A stretch of 64,000 bases of DNA from Macrostomum hystrix. Its lineage: Eukaryota; Animalia; Platyhelminthes. Shown here in pieces: positions 1 to 10,458 of the stretch. The first letter of the stretch is position 1. Every line of letters begins with the position of its first letter. The translations under genes were made by a program, and so were the position numbers. The stretch lies in the NCBI GenBank assembly GCA_950097015.1, contig CATNEN010000037.1:2480001-2544000 (forward strand), read 5' to 3'. The notes below the pieces were generated by a model. The model did no database searches and had not been told where the DNA came from. It worked only from the letters and a program-made list of their open reading frames with translations.

Positions 1-409
1 GTAACAGCCGCATGGGACCAGCTGCGCGGCGGCGGCGGAGGCGGCAAGAAGCCCCGCATAGTAAATAAAGCGCCGAGGCCCTCTGGGAGTTGCGGTCGGG
101 ATGGGCCGCTAACAAACTCGATATGGAAAGGAGGAGATGACAGCGCGATACGCCAGCGGGCCGTGGCAGCCTGCATGCAAATGAGACACGGACAGTTAGG
201 CTTTGGGAGTCTGAGATGCATTGGCTGGGGAGTAAGTGTGAAATTCTACTTGTGGAGCACAGGGCTGACAGCTGATCAGCCAGTGATACTCGTTAATTTT
301 ATTGAGAAAATTCACATAATCTTATAATTGGATTCTTTGCGAATAGAGTGTAGAAAATAAAAATGAATCCATATCTGTACTTGCCTGGATGAAATTCTCT
401 TTTTTACAA

Positions 410-462
410 ATGGGTACCAGCCGCGCCAGTCCATGGACCGAACAACTGTACACAGCTGCATT
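410..462 (+). mobile_element. SINE family 2 3' fragment
   Basis: AAATGGGTACC..CAGTCCATGGACCGAACAACTGTACACAGC. Confidence 0.5.
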
Positions 463-518
463 TGGGTGTAAATTAGAATTTAAATTAAATTCATCTCCCC
501 TGTCTAACACCTCAACAG

Positions 519-3500
519 CTGAAGGCCAATGACAAGGACCTCAGTCACGAGCTCGAGTACTCGATTGACGCCAGCTCGCCGGAGGAGTCGCGTCGTCACT
601 TCGACGTTCTGTCAGACGGCAGCCTGACGATCAAGGAGCCGCTGGACTTTGAGACCCAGGCAGCATTCCGCATGCAGGTGAAGGTCTCGGACGGCCGCTT
701 CGAGGACAAGACAGTCGTCGAGGTGGTGGTTGAAGACGCTAACGACAATGCGCCTGAGTATGAGGAGAGCGGCCAGCTGCAGGTGGAGGAGGGCCGCGAG
801 GCCGGCGAGAGAATCGGCTCCGTGCGTGCCTTCGATCGCGACTCCGGGCCCCGCGGCGAGGTCGACTGCGAGACCCGGTCGCAGCACAACAACCGCTTTC
901 TGAGCGTCAAATTCGCCCAGACCGACCTGCCGAACACCTACGCGGTGCACTCGGCTATGACATTCGACCGGGAGCGGGACCAGGTGGTGACGGGAACCCT
1001 GGTGTGCTGGGACCGCGGCCAGCCCAGCCTCACCAGCACCTACACGGCTAGAATCATTGTTCTGGATCGGAACGACAATGCGCCAAGATTTCTGGACACC
1101 GACGCGTCCGGAATGATTGAGACCCAGCTGGTTGAGAACAATCGACCAGGAGCCCTGGTCACTCGACTGCGGGCCATCGACGCTGACGAGGGCGAGAACG
1201 CCCGGCTCACCTACCGACTTGTCGGCGACGGGAATGATGACTCTTTCGAGGTGGACGCCGTCAGTGGCGAGGTCACGGCCAGGCGGAGCTTCGATCGGGA
1301 GCGTCGGGACTCCTACAGGCTGCGGCTGGAGGTGTCGGACTCCGGCCGGCCGGCCCTGACAGGCTCAGCGCTGCTTCGCGTCAGCATCGCCGATGAGAAC
1401 GACAACGCGCCGCAGTTCACCGGAGCCACCGCCTTCCAGGTGAACGAGAACACCGCGCCGCCAGTGCTTCTCGGAGTGATGACGGCCACCGATGCTGACA
1501 TCGGTGAGTTAGTACTTTAGCTCAGGCGTTTAGGGATTTCTCGACAGTTAGATCATTCCATTGAACCCGAACTCGCGCATTACTCAGGCGTGAATGGCCA
1601 GGTGTTCTTCACTCAGCTGTCGCACAGTCACATGGACAGATTCCGGGTGGACCTGAACGGTAGCCTTGTGGCCACCGCCAAGCTGGACCGCGAGGAGCGC
1701 AGCGAGTACAGCATCCCGGTGCGCGTGTCCGACCGCGCCGCGGCGCCGGCGTCCAAGTTCACCGACCAGCTCGTCCTGGTCCGCGTGCTGGACGTCAACG
1801 ACGAGACGCCGCGCATTGTGCAGCCGTCCAGCGGCGGCTCCGGCGTCAACTCCACTGGCGTCAACGGGGCCGCGGTCCGCATCAGCATCTACACTCACCG
1901 GCCGGGCGCCTCCGTGCTGCAGGTTCGGGCGGTTGACCGCGACGAAGGCGTCAACGGCCAGATTGTGTACAGCCTGACCCAGGGCCGCGGGTCCAAGTTC
2001 AGCATAGACGCTGATAGCGGCGAGATCAAAGTGGCTCGAGCGCTGGATGTGTCAGATATGACGAGGCACAAACTCATGGTGCAGGCCTCAGACCGGGACC
2101 CCGTGCACCCGCGATCAGATGCCAAGGTGAGATTGATCCCAATGATCCCATTGTGAAATGATCCCATTGTGAAATGATCCCATTGTGAAATGATCCCATT
2201 GTGAAATGATCCCATTGTGAAATGATCCCATTGTGAAATGATCCCATTGTGAAATGATCCCATTGTGAAATGATCCCATTGTGAAATGATCCCATCGTGA
2301 AATGATCCCATCGTGAAAGGATCCCATCATTCGGAAATGATCCCATTCTCAAACAGTATTGCACAGTGAGGAAATTCGCCTATCCAGCAGACCCAGAGGG
2401 TTGAAAAGGTGCAGGGTTAAAAAACACCCAGCCATTCAAACAAAATCCCAGATTTATTGACTTTTGCTTTGAGAGCAAATTCTATTTGCGCGGAAGTGAG
2501 TGAAGTATGAGTGGGATTGGTTGGTCTGAGGACTAAATGATTATTCTCGCGCTGATATTTTTTGACAGTTGCATATTTGCTCTAGGTGTTTCGGGCAACG
2601 ACAGTGCTTCACAGTTTTGGCGACAAACATTTAATCTGCAACCCACTCGCGGACTCAGAAATGAAAAATTGTCTCCCTTAGGCCAGCTCCTCTCTTTTCT
2701 TCTAGAGACGAAAAATTTTGCGGAGCAATCCCGAGTTACTTTGCTGGGCTATTACGTAACTCGCGGCAAGTTTTCACAGTTAAGCTGAAACATCAAAGCC
2801 CCATACTGTATTGTTTAGCGAAACAATAAACTGCTAAATGACGTTGGCCTTGGGGGCTTTGCCGTTGGCCAAAGTTGGTTGTTTGTGCAATCAGGCGAAT
2901 GAAGTGACCAGTGATTAGAAAATGTTTCTAAATCTGTCTTTTACACAAGAGGTCAAGAGACGCTCCTTGAACAAGACCCTAATAGCGTAATTCTGGCGGG
3001 GTTGTGACCGCCCTCCTCAGTCCATGGACTGAACAGCTGTACACAGCATTCAGAAGCGAATTGTACATTGGGTTAGATGTCCTTTGGAGGGGGTGGGTAG
3101 CACAGCGGTCTAACGCGTTTGCCTCTCGCACCAAGGTCCCTGAGCTCGATTCCGTGGTGAGGCCACATTCATTTGGGGCGCAGCCGCGGAGAGAAGGCTT
3201 GGGGGCATGTCGTGCAATTTACGCCCTTGAGGGCCAACCTCCAAGGACGATGAGAAAGTCAGGGCAGATGTACACACCTGTGTGAGCATGTGCCTGCGTA
3301 CAGTATCTGTGTGCGTGTGTGCTCAGGAGTCAGCGAAATGAGCAGAATTGCCTCCTCGCTGGCTGCAGGTCTAGTGTCACCAAATGATGTGCCAGTCAGC
3401 CCTGCCGCACCTAATATCTTGATTATATGTCATTTATACCAGTTCTATATTCTATCGTCGCTTTTTAGTTACAATGAAGATCACATATTTGAATAATGAT

Positions 3501-6500
3501 TAACGCATTGATGCCAAGCCTTCAAACTTCAAAGTTCGTTCCTTCTCACATTAGCTCTACTGGCTTCGTCAGTGAGCTATTTCTAGCAGCTAAGAGAGAG
3601 ACGACAAGGCAAACTGACTCCGCACAGGCAGCTCAAAAAAATTCCCCGCCCCAATCCCCCAGACTCTCGTGTTTCAACTCCCCAGCCGCCTTGCTATGCT
3701 TATCAGTGTTGGGATCTCAACAAGCCCTATGATCCCACCCACCCACCCTGACCCATGCGGCATCTCATCTCGCACCATCTCGCTGGACTCTGTCTGCTAT
3801 GCAACCGATGAATCCCCGTGGGACAGTTCAGATGAAAGGGAAGCATTTTTATAAAAACGACTCAAAGCCCAAGCCTGGCCCGCATGTGTCAAGATGAAAC
3901 AGTGAGAACACGGAGCTGAGGTGCCAGACCACCTTTATCAATCGGCTGAATATCGGCTGTCTAGTTTATCATGTAGTCCGATAGTCCACTCCACTTAGAA
4001 TCAGCACCAGCCTGACCCTCTAATCATGGATTCTGGGCTGTGTGTGTGTGTGTGTTTTGGCCCAGCTGATGACGCAATCAAACAATAACTGTCCATCATG
4101 GCCAAACTTCGTCGCTACTTTCATTTCTAATTTCTAAAATCTTCTCTCGATCCTCATATGAAATTCTAAGCCTCTCATTTTGTGTGCAGACCGACAGTGT
4201 AAAGTGGTAGCCGGGTCTTTGTTAATTTTCTGAGAGATCTCTCCCGGGCTCTTTTAAGTTCGAATGGGAGCAAAATGAAAGGGAATTATGAAAACCGGAT
4301 GCCCAGGGACCTTGTCATTAAAATCCCAGCTGGCCTGCTTCCCCCAATCCGCCAGTTCTTGGTTCAAAAGGAGAACGAAATTATTAAACTCTACAGATTC
4401 TAATCTACTCATAGAAATTAATATTCGACGAAAATTAGTCATGTTCCTCTGGAAGCGAACATCCAAATGACTAAATTAAGAGCATACTACAGCACGACGT
4501 GGAGGTCAGGGGTTCGATACCCAACTCAAATGGAAGAACTGGAACAGGTAGTTTCAGTCATGAAACGTTGAGGGTCTTGTCAATCTATCGCCCTGACTAT
4601 CTGCCTGTCAGCTCACATGACCCTCCAAGTTGACCCTTCAGTCAGTTTTGCCCCACTTCAGCCAATCCCAGTGCTTAAAAAAATTGTGAGCTTTGATATT
4701 TGATGCGAACTGCGTGCTGCCTGGTCTTAAGTTTTCTATTTATTGGCGATCCATAATTGAGGATTTAGCCACTGGCAAGATTTGATCTGTCTTGTAAAAT
4801 TATTTCAATTTTTCATCACTTACTCTTCTTTAATGCAAATTATGTGGCTATCACAGTCGATGGTTTGAGCACAGTCTAGGTTTGAGCATAGTCTAGGGTT
4901 TGAGCATAGTCTAGGGTTTGAGCATAGTCTAGGGTTTGAGCATAGTCTAGGGTTTGAGCATAGTCTAGGGTTTGAGCATAGTCTAGGGTTTGAGCATAGT
5001 CTAGGGTTTGAGCATAGTCTAGGGTTTGAGCATAGTCTAGGGTTTGAGCACAGTCTAGGGTTAGAGCATAGTCTAGGGTTTGAGCACAGTCTAGGGTTTG
5101 AGCATACTCTAGGCAGCCGACAGCACAGCCGCAGCTATTGCGCGGCGCATCTAAAGGCTGCGTACGGCTGTTCAGTCCATGGACTGGGGGGACGCCACAC
5201 TCACCCTCAATTACCCAGCTAATGCTGATACCCATTAAACAGCTGGTTGAACTGAAGCAATGCAGAGTTAAGTGTCTTTCTAAAGGACACAAACTGTTCC
5301 ATTGTAGTCAGGAATCGAACCAAAGACCTTTGAGCCGTAAGTCCGACGCTCTAACCGCTAGGCTACGACATCCTTCTAGCCTCTATAGCCATAGAGTTGA
5401 GTCCTTATCAGTTTTATTGCTTCAAAATCGCAGGTAATCTACGTCGATGTTGACGACACTCCACCGCCTTCGAATCTTCTGGACGAAGCGGAGCTGGCCG
5501 CCGCCCACACGCGGCGCAACGTCATCATCATCGTGATCCTGGCCGCCGTGTCAGCCGTGCTGGCCATAATTCTCATCATCGCCATCACCTGCGTGAATCG
5601 CCCGTGCTGCGGCATGTACGGCTCGCACCAGTACGCATCGGGACTTGGCGGACGCGGTGTGAAACGGCCGCCAGAGACTGAAAACGATCAGCAGTACCTG
5701 GAGCAGGCGCTTCACCTCACTGTGGCTGACGGTGATATTATTGGCGGCGCGGCCTGGGGCCCCGGAATGCCCATCGACCTGCATCGCCAGACAGGATCTC
5801 AGGTGGGTTAGCGAAGCGACAAACTCGATGATTGTCTATGGGCTTGAGTCTGGGTTTGAATCATTTGGGTTTTGAGTCTCTTGGGTTTTTTATTTTTTGG
5901 TGGGTTTTGTCTTCTGGGTTTCGAGTTGTCTCAGTTTTGAGTCATGTTTTGACTGGGTTTTTCAGTCGTTTAGGTTTTGAGTTTTAGGGTTTTGAGTCGT
6001 CTGGGTTTTGAGTCATCTGGGTTTTTAGTCATCTGGCAGAAGTGAAGTCAACAATCTGCAATCGGCCCACAGAGTCCAATCGTGACAACTTCGTTTGCCT
6101 CGCCAATTCACGAGGGCTACTGCGGCGCTGGTGGCATCGGCAGCGGACGCACCCTGCCAAATCCTAGGCATCATCAGCAGACTCACCAGGCGGTCATCAA
6201 ATCGCCCACGGCCACATCTAGCATCGGGGGAGCCTGTGGAGCTGGCAAGACTGGAAAGAGTGACCAGGTCAGTGAGGGTTTTTATACTCAATCAGGTTGG
6301 AGAACTTTGAGACCTCCAGAATTTTATCGCGGTTGAGCATAGACTAGGGTTTGAGGATGATTTAGGGTTTGAGCATAGTCTTGGGGTTTGATCATAGTCT
6401 AGGGGCTTAAGCATAGTTTAGGGGTTTGAGCATAGTTTAGGGTTTGAGCATAGTCTAGATTGTGGTGTCGTCTAGGGTTTGAGTAAGCTCTAAACTTGGC

Positions 6501-6640
6501 TACAAGCTCCCCAAGCTAGTTTATGGCTTGTCTTAAGGTTGGGCATCGCCTTTGATTTTATCAACCTCAAATTGTTGTCAATCAAATGACCTCCAGGTGA
6601 ACTTTTGGCTCTACCAGATCAAGGAAGATGCCTGTACACC

Positions 6641-6677
<37 letters not shown>

Positions 6678-7749
6678 AGCAATTTTTGTACTATTGCTCG
6701 TGGACCGCATCATCCGGCGCCTTACATTGTTCAGCAGCATCAGCAGCAGCAGCAGCATGACGCAATCGACGGTGCACAGTCGGACAGTGGCCGGGGCTGC
6801 TCAGACGAGGATTTGTCCTCTGGTCCGGTTTATTATCAGCCAGCCTCCGCCTCCTGCCAGTTGCATCGCGGAGCTGCAGCTGCAGCCGCCACCGCCGCCG
6901 CTCACCGGGGTGAGGCTCCGAACCGGTTTGAACGGTTCTTTTGACACAACTCTGACACAGTTTTTTGGAATGTACAGTTTTGTCGGAATGTACAGTTTTG
7001 TAGGAATGTACAGTTTTGTAGCAATGTACAGTTTTGTAGCAATGTACAGTTTTGTAGCAATGTACAGTTTTGTAGGAATATACAGTTTTGTAGGAATATA
7101 CAGTTTTGTAGGAATGTACAGTTTTTTAGAGGAATGTACTGGGGTAGAAATATAGGTGCTTGTTGTGCCCCTTACTCCAGTCCACGGACTGTACAGCTGT
7201 ACACAGCCTTTGGATGCTTGCATAGAACAATGCTCAGAACAATAGCAGCTGCTGGGCCACTGGCTGTACGTCTCGTCCAACTGGGCTTGAGTGAGATTGT
7301 TTAGAAATTTGTTCACTAAAATTTGTGTACCGCATTGGGTAAATTCGCTGTCTATGGGTGTAAATCCTAGCTTAAAACTGGCCCGATTTGCAGCGGCGGA
7401 GGCCCTCAGTCCGGCCCGCTTCGCTCCGCTGCCGGTTCTTCACTCGGCGAGCATCGCGGCTTCGTCAAGTCCCACCGCCGGTTGCGGCGTTGGTCGCTGC
7501 GGGCAGCACACGGCGGTGGCTGCTGGACCAACTCCGCTGCCTCCAATGTCGCTGCCATCTTGTTTTGACGAGGAAATTGGCGCCAGAAGACAGCAACAGC
7601 AACAGCAGCCACATCCGCCGGCTCCGCTGCAGACTGTCGAGGAGGTGGCTGGCAGTCAGGAGACAGTGTCGGCAGCAGGGGGAGGTGGCCAGGCGGATCA
7701 GGTATGCCGCCAGATTGACAGCTTGTTCTTCCGTGATATGCAAGTCTGA
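519..7749 (+). CDS. Protocadherin (delta-like), 3' part of gene; 5' exons lie upstream of the window
   Basis: Exons 519-1503, 1588-2126, 5434-5802, 6073-6267, 6597-6909, 7394-7749(TGA), all GT-AG and phase-compatible (1,0,0,0,1). Cadherin repeats with LDFE/FDRE/LDRE, DxNDNAP and AxDxD motifs; transmembrane segment VIIIVILAAVSAVLAIILIIAITCV; cytoplasmic DSGRGCSD and C-terminal QIDSLFF. Confidence 0.9.
2127..2346. repeat. 16-bp minisatellite (GTGAAATGATCCCATT)n
   Basis: About 12 tandem copies starting at the protocadherin splice donor. Confidence 0.95.
3005..3050 (+). mobile_element. SINE family 2 3' fragment
   Basis: CAGTCCATGGACTGAACAGCTGTACACAGC. Confidence 0.55.
3088..3415 (+). mobile_element. 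tRNA-headed SINE family 1, copy A
   Basis: A-box TAGCACAGCGG and B-box-like GAGCTCGATTCC, then a body near-identical to copies at 11852, 17693 and 25655; lacks about 25 bp of internal sequence. Confidence 0.8.
4862..5112. repeat. 18-bp minisatellite (GGGTTTGAGCATAGTCTA)n
   Basis: About 13 tandem copies; a diverged sister array lies at 6332-6490. Confidence 0.95.
5130..5386 (-). mobile_element. tRNA-headed SINE family 2, near full length
   Basis: Minus-strand head TAGCCTAGCGGTTAGAGCG...GGTTCGATTCC, central GTGTCCTTTAGAAAGACACTTAACTCTGC...AATGGGTA (resembles conserved metazoan SINE central domains; inference), tail CAGTCCATGGACTGAACAGC. Confidence 0.75.
5838..6030. repeat. Degenerate GGGTTTTGAGTC-type repeat
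   Basis: Imperfect GT-rich tandem units filling most of intron 5803-6072. Confidence 0.6.
6332..6490. repeat. Diverged 18-bp GGGTTTGAGCATAGTCTA array
   Basis: Same unit as 4862-5112 with more substitutions. Confidence 0.8.
6955..7130. repeat. 18-bp minisatellite (TACAGTTTTGTAGGAATG)n
   Basis: About 9 tandem copies. Confidence 0.95.
7165..7240 (+). mobile_element. SINE family 2 3' fragment
   Basis: CAGTCCACGGACTGTACAGCTGTACACAGCCTTTGGATGC. Confidence 0.55.
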
Positions 7750-8384
7750 CAATTAGCCTGCAATTTACCTGCAATGAGTCATCCTCACTGGCCCGCATAA
7801 CACCAATCCAAATGAATAGATGAGATTGATTCACTGAAATTCTATTTAAAAAACAATTCTTACGCAGCAGCAAATGGCATTGAACACACAGCGACTTGTA
7901 GGCTCGTACACCCTCTTGCATTTTTATGCTAAATGAAATTCAATAACAATATGTAAATATGTTTTGAGCAATATTAAAGCTGAAGTAGTAATAATGCTTG
8001 CTTTCTGCTCTCTCTATATCTAGCTTGCATTATTACTTGAAGTAGTTCAGTTGCATTGTTGTAGTTTTTTATTCTAATTGGCTATCATTTTCCTATTCCT
8101 TACTGTACACAGTTTTATGAATTTTTCATTAAATATTATGTGTTCTACGTAGCCCTGTGAGACGCGGAATATTGTGACGGAAAACTTGTTAAGATAACTT
8201 TTCTGTTGCTTACTAATTGTCATCTCCCGTTTAGTTATATAACACTTTTTCTCGTTTTTAAGTATACCTATTTAATATTGTAAGTTAAAATATATGTTAA
8301 ACGTTTATAACAGAACAATGCAATTTTTTACTACAAAAAAGCATTTCAATTATTTCTGGCTAACCCCACCCCACAGTTGAACTA

Positions 8385-9625
8385 GGGGACACTGGGTACA
8401 GGAGACTGGGATACGAGAGTCTGGAATACAAGACACTGGGATACAGGAGACTGGGATACAGGAGACTGGGATACAGGAGACTGGGATACAAGAGACTGGG
8501 ATACAGGAGACTGGAATACAGGAGACTGGGATACAGGAGACTGGGATACAGGAGACTGGGATACAGGAGACTGGGATACAGGAGACTGGGATACAAGAGA
8601 CTGGGATACAGGAGACTGGGATACAAGAGACTGGGATACAGGAGACTGGGATACAAGAGACTGGGATACAGGAGACTGGGATACAGGAGACTGGGATACA
8701 GGAGACTGGAATACAGGAGACTGGGATACAAGAGACTGGGATACAGGAGACTGGGATACAGGAGACTGGGATACAGGAGACTGGGGTACAGGAGACTGGG
8801 ATACAAGAGACTGGGATACAAGAGACTGGGGGAATGACTAGGGAGAGGAGAGACTGGGATACAAGAGACTGGGATACAGGAGACTGGGATACAGGAGACT
8901 GGGATACAGGAGACTGGGATACAGGAGACTGGGGTACAGGAGACTGGGATACAAGAGACTGGGATACAAGAGACTGGGATACAAGAGACTGGGGGAATGA
9001 CTAGGGAGAGGAGAGACTGGGATACAAGAGACTGGGATACAGGAGACTGGGATATAGGAGACTGGGATACAAGAGACTGGGATACAGGAGACTGGGATAC
9101 AAGAGACTGGGATACAAGAGGCTGGGATACAGGAGACTGGGGAGACGAGTGACTGGGTAGAGGAGAGACTGGGGAGACGAGTGACTGGGTAGAGGAGAGA
9201 CTGGGAAGAGGCGAGACTGGGAGAGGAGAGACTGGGGAGACGAGAGACTGGGAGAGGAGAGACTGGGGAGACGAGAGACTGGGAGAGTAGAGACTGGGAG
9301 AGGAGAGACTGGGAGAGGAGAGACTGGGAGAGGAGAGACTGGGAGAGGAGAGACTGGGAGAGGAGAGACTGGGAGAGGAGAGACTGGGAGAGGAGAGACT
9401 GGGAGAGGAGAGACTGGGAAGAGGCGAGACTGGGAGAGGAGAGACTGGGGAGAGGAGAGACTGGGAGAGGAGAGACTGGGAGAGGAGAGACTGGGAGAGG
9501 AGAGACTGGGAGAGGAGAGACTGGGAGAGGAGAGACTGTGGAGAGGAGAGACTGGGAAGAGGAGAGACTGGGAGAGGAGAGACGGGGAGAGCAGAGACTT
9601 GGGAGAGGAGAGACTGGGAGAGGAG
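8385..9625. repeat. Composite 15-bp minisatellite (GGAGACTGGGATACA)n grading into (GGAGAGACTGGGAGA)n
   Basis: Intergenic, purine-rich plus strand; explains ORFs 8360-8821 and 8838-9668. Confidence 0.95.
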
Positions 9626-10458
9626 AGCCTGTGAGAGGAAGAAATTTTAGTCTGAAAAATAAGTCCAATTTTTAGAAATCTTCATTGTTAGTTTCGTAAT
9701 GAGTCCAATGTTGAAAATGTAAAGTTTTAGCCGTTCGACTAGCGACTATGAATTCGAAATTTTATCATCTGAATGAAATTCAGTAATAAAAGCTATATTT
9801 AATGAGAAAAATGAAAACGGAGATTAGTTGACAAGTTAGTGTCCTTAAAACAAAATGATTAGGACAACATTCTTATGAAAGACGATGTGTACAGGTGTCT
9901 GTCCTGCATTGCATGTTTAGTGTTAATGTAAATGTAGGCGTTTGAGTATCATTGTGATTCAAAAAATATTTATTTATACAAATGGATGCATAATTACTAT
10001 GGTTATATAATACTGATAACGTTTTAGCTTAGACACGAGGTTAAAAGTTATTACAGTCACCAGAATATTTGTTATAAAGTTAGTACAATAATTAGGAACA
10101 GTACTCACAACTTGAGTACTGTTTAATAGCAGCAATAGCAGCAATGGACTTGCTCAAAAAATAAATATAGTGAAACCCAATTATACACAGATATTTGTTG
10201 CTACACTAGAGTGCCAATACTTTTGTCTTAGAAGTTCACTAACTACTTCTATTCAAGAATCGCTTCAGATTCCGAAATAAAGTCTTTCTAAGAAGCAATC
10301 TTTCTAAGAAATCCTAATTACGTAAAATTAATAACGTGCCATTTAAGAAAGATGAACGGAGACCGCCATTCATCTTGCCTTTCCAGGAAAAATAAATTCC
10401 AAGACTGAGAAAAGTTTGTTGGCAATAAAAATTTTAACTCTTCAGCCCTGATGATTCG

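Noticed and set aside
5325-5386. tRNA-like sequences (also 3090-3150, 4490-4525, 11855-11910, 17970-18025)
   Set aside because: A/B boxes without a full cloverleaf or acceptor stem. Most are fused to repeated SINE bodies; 4490-4525 is an isolated B-box-like remnant.
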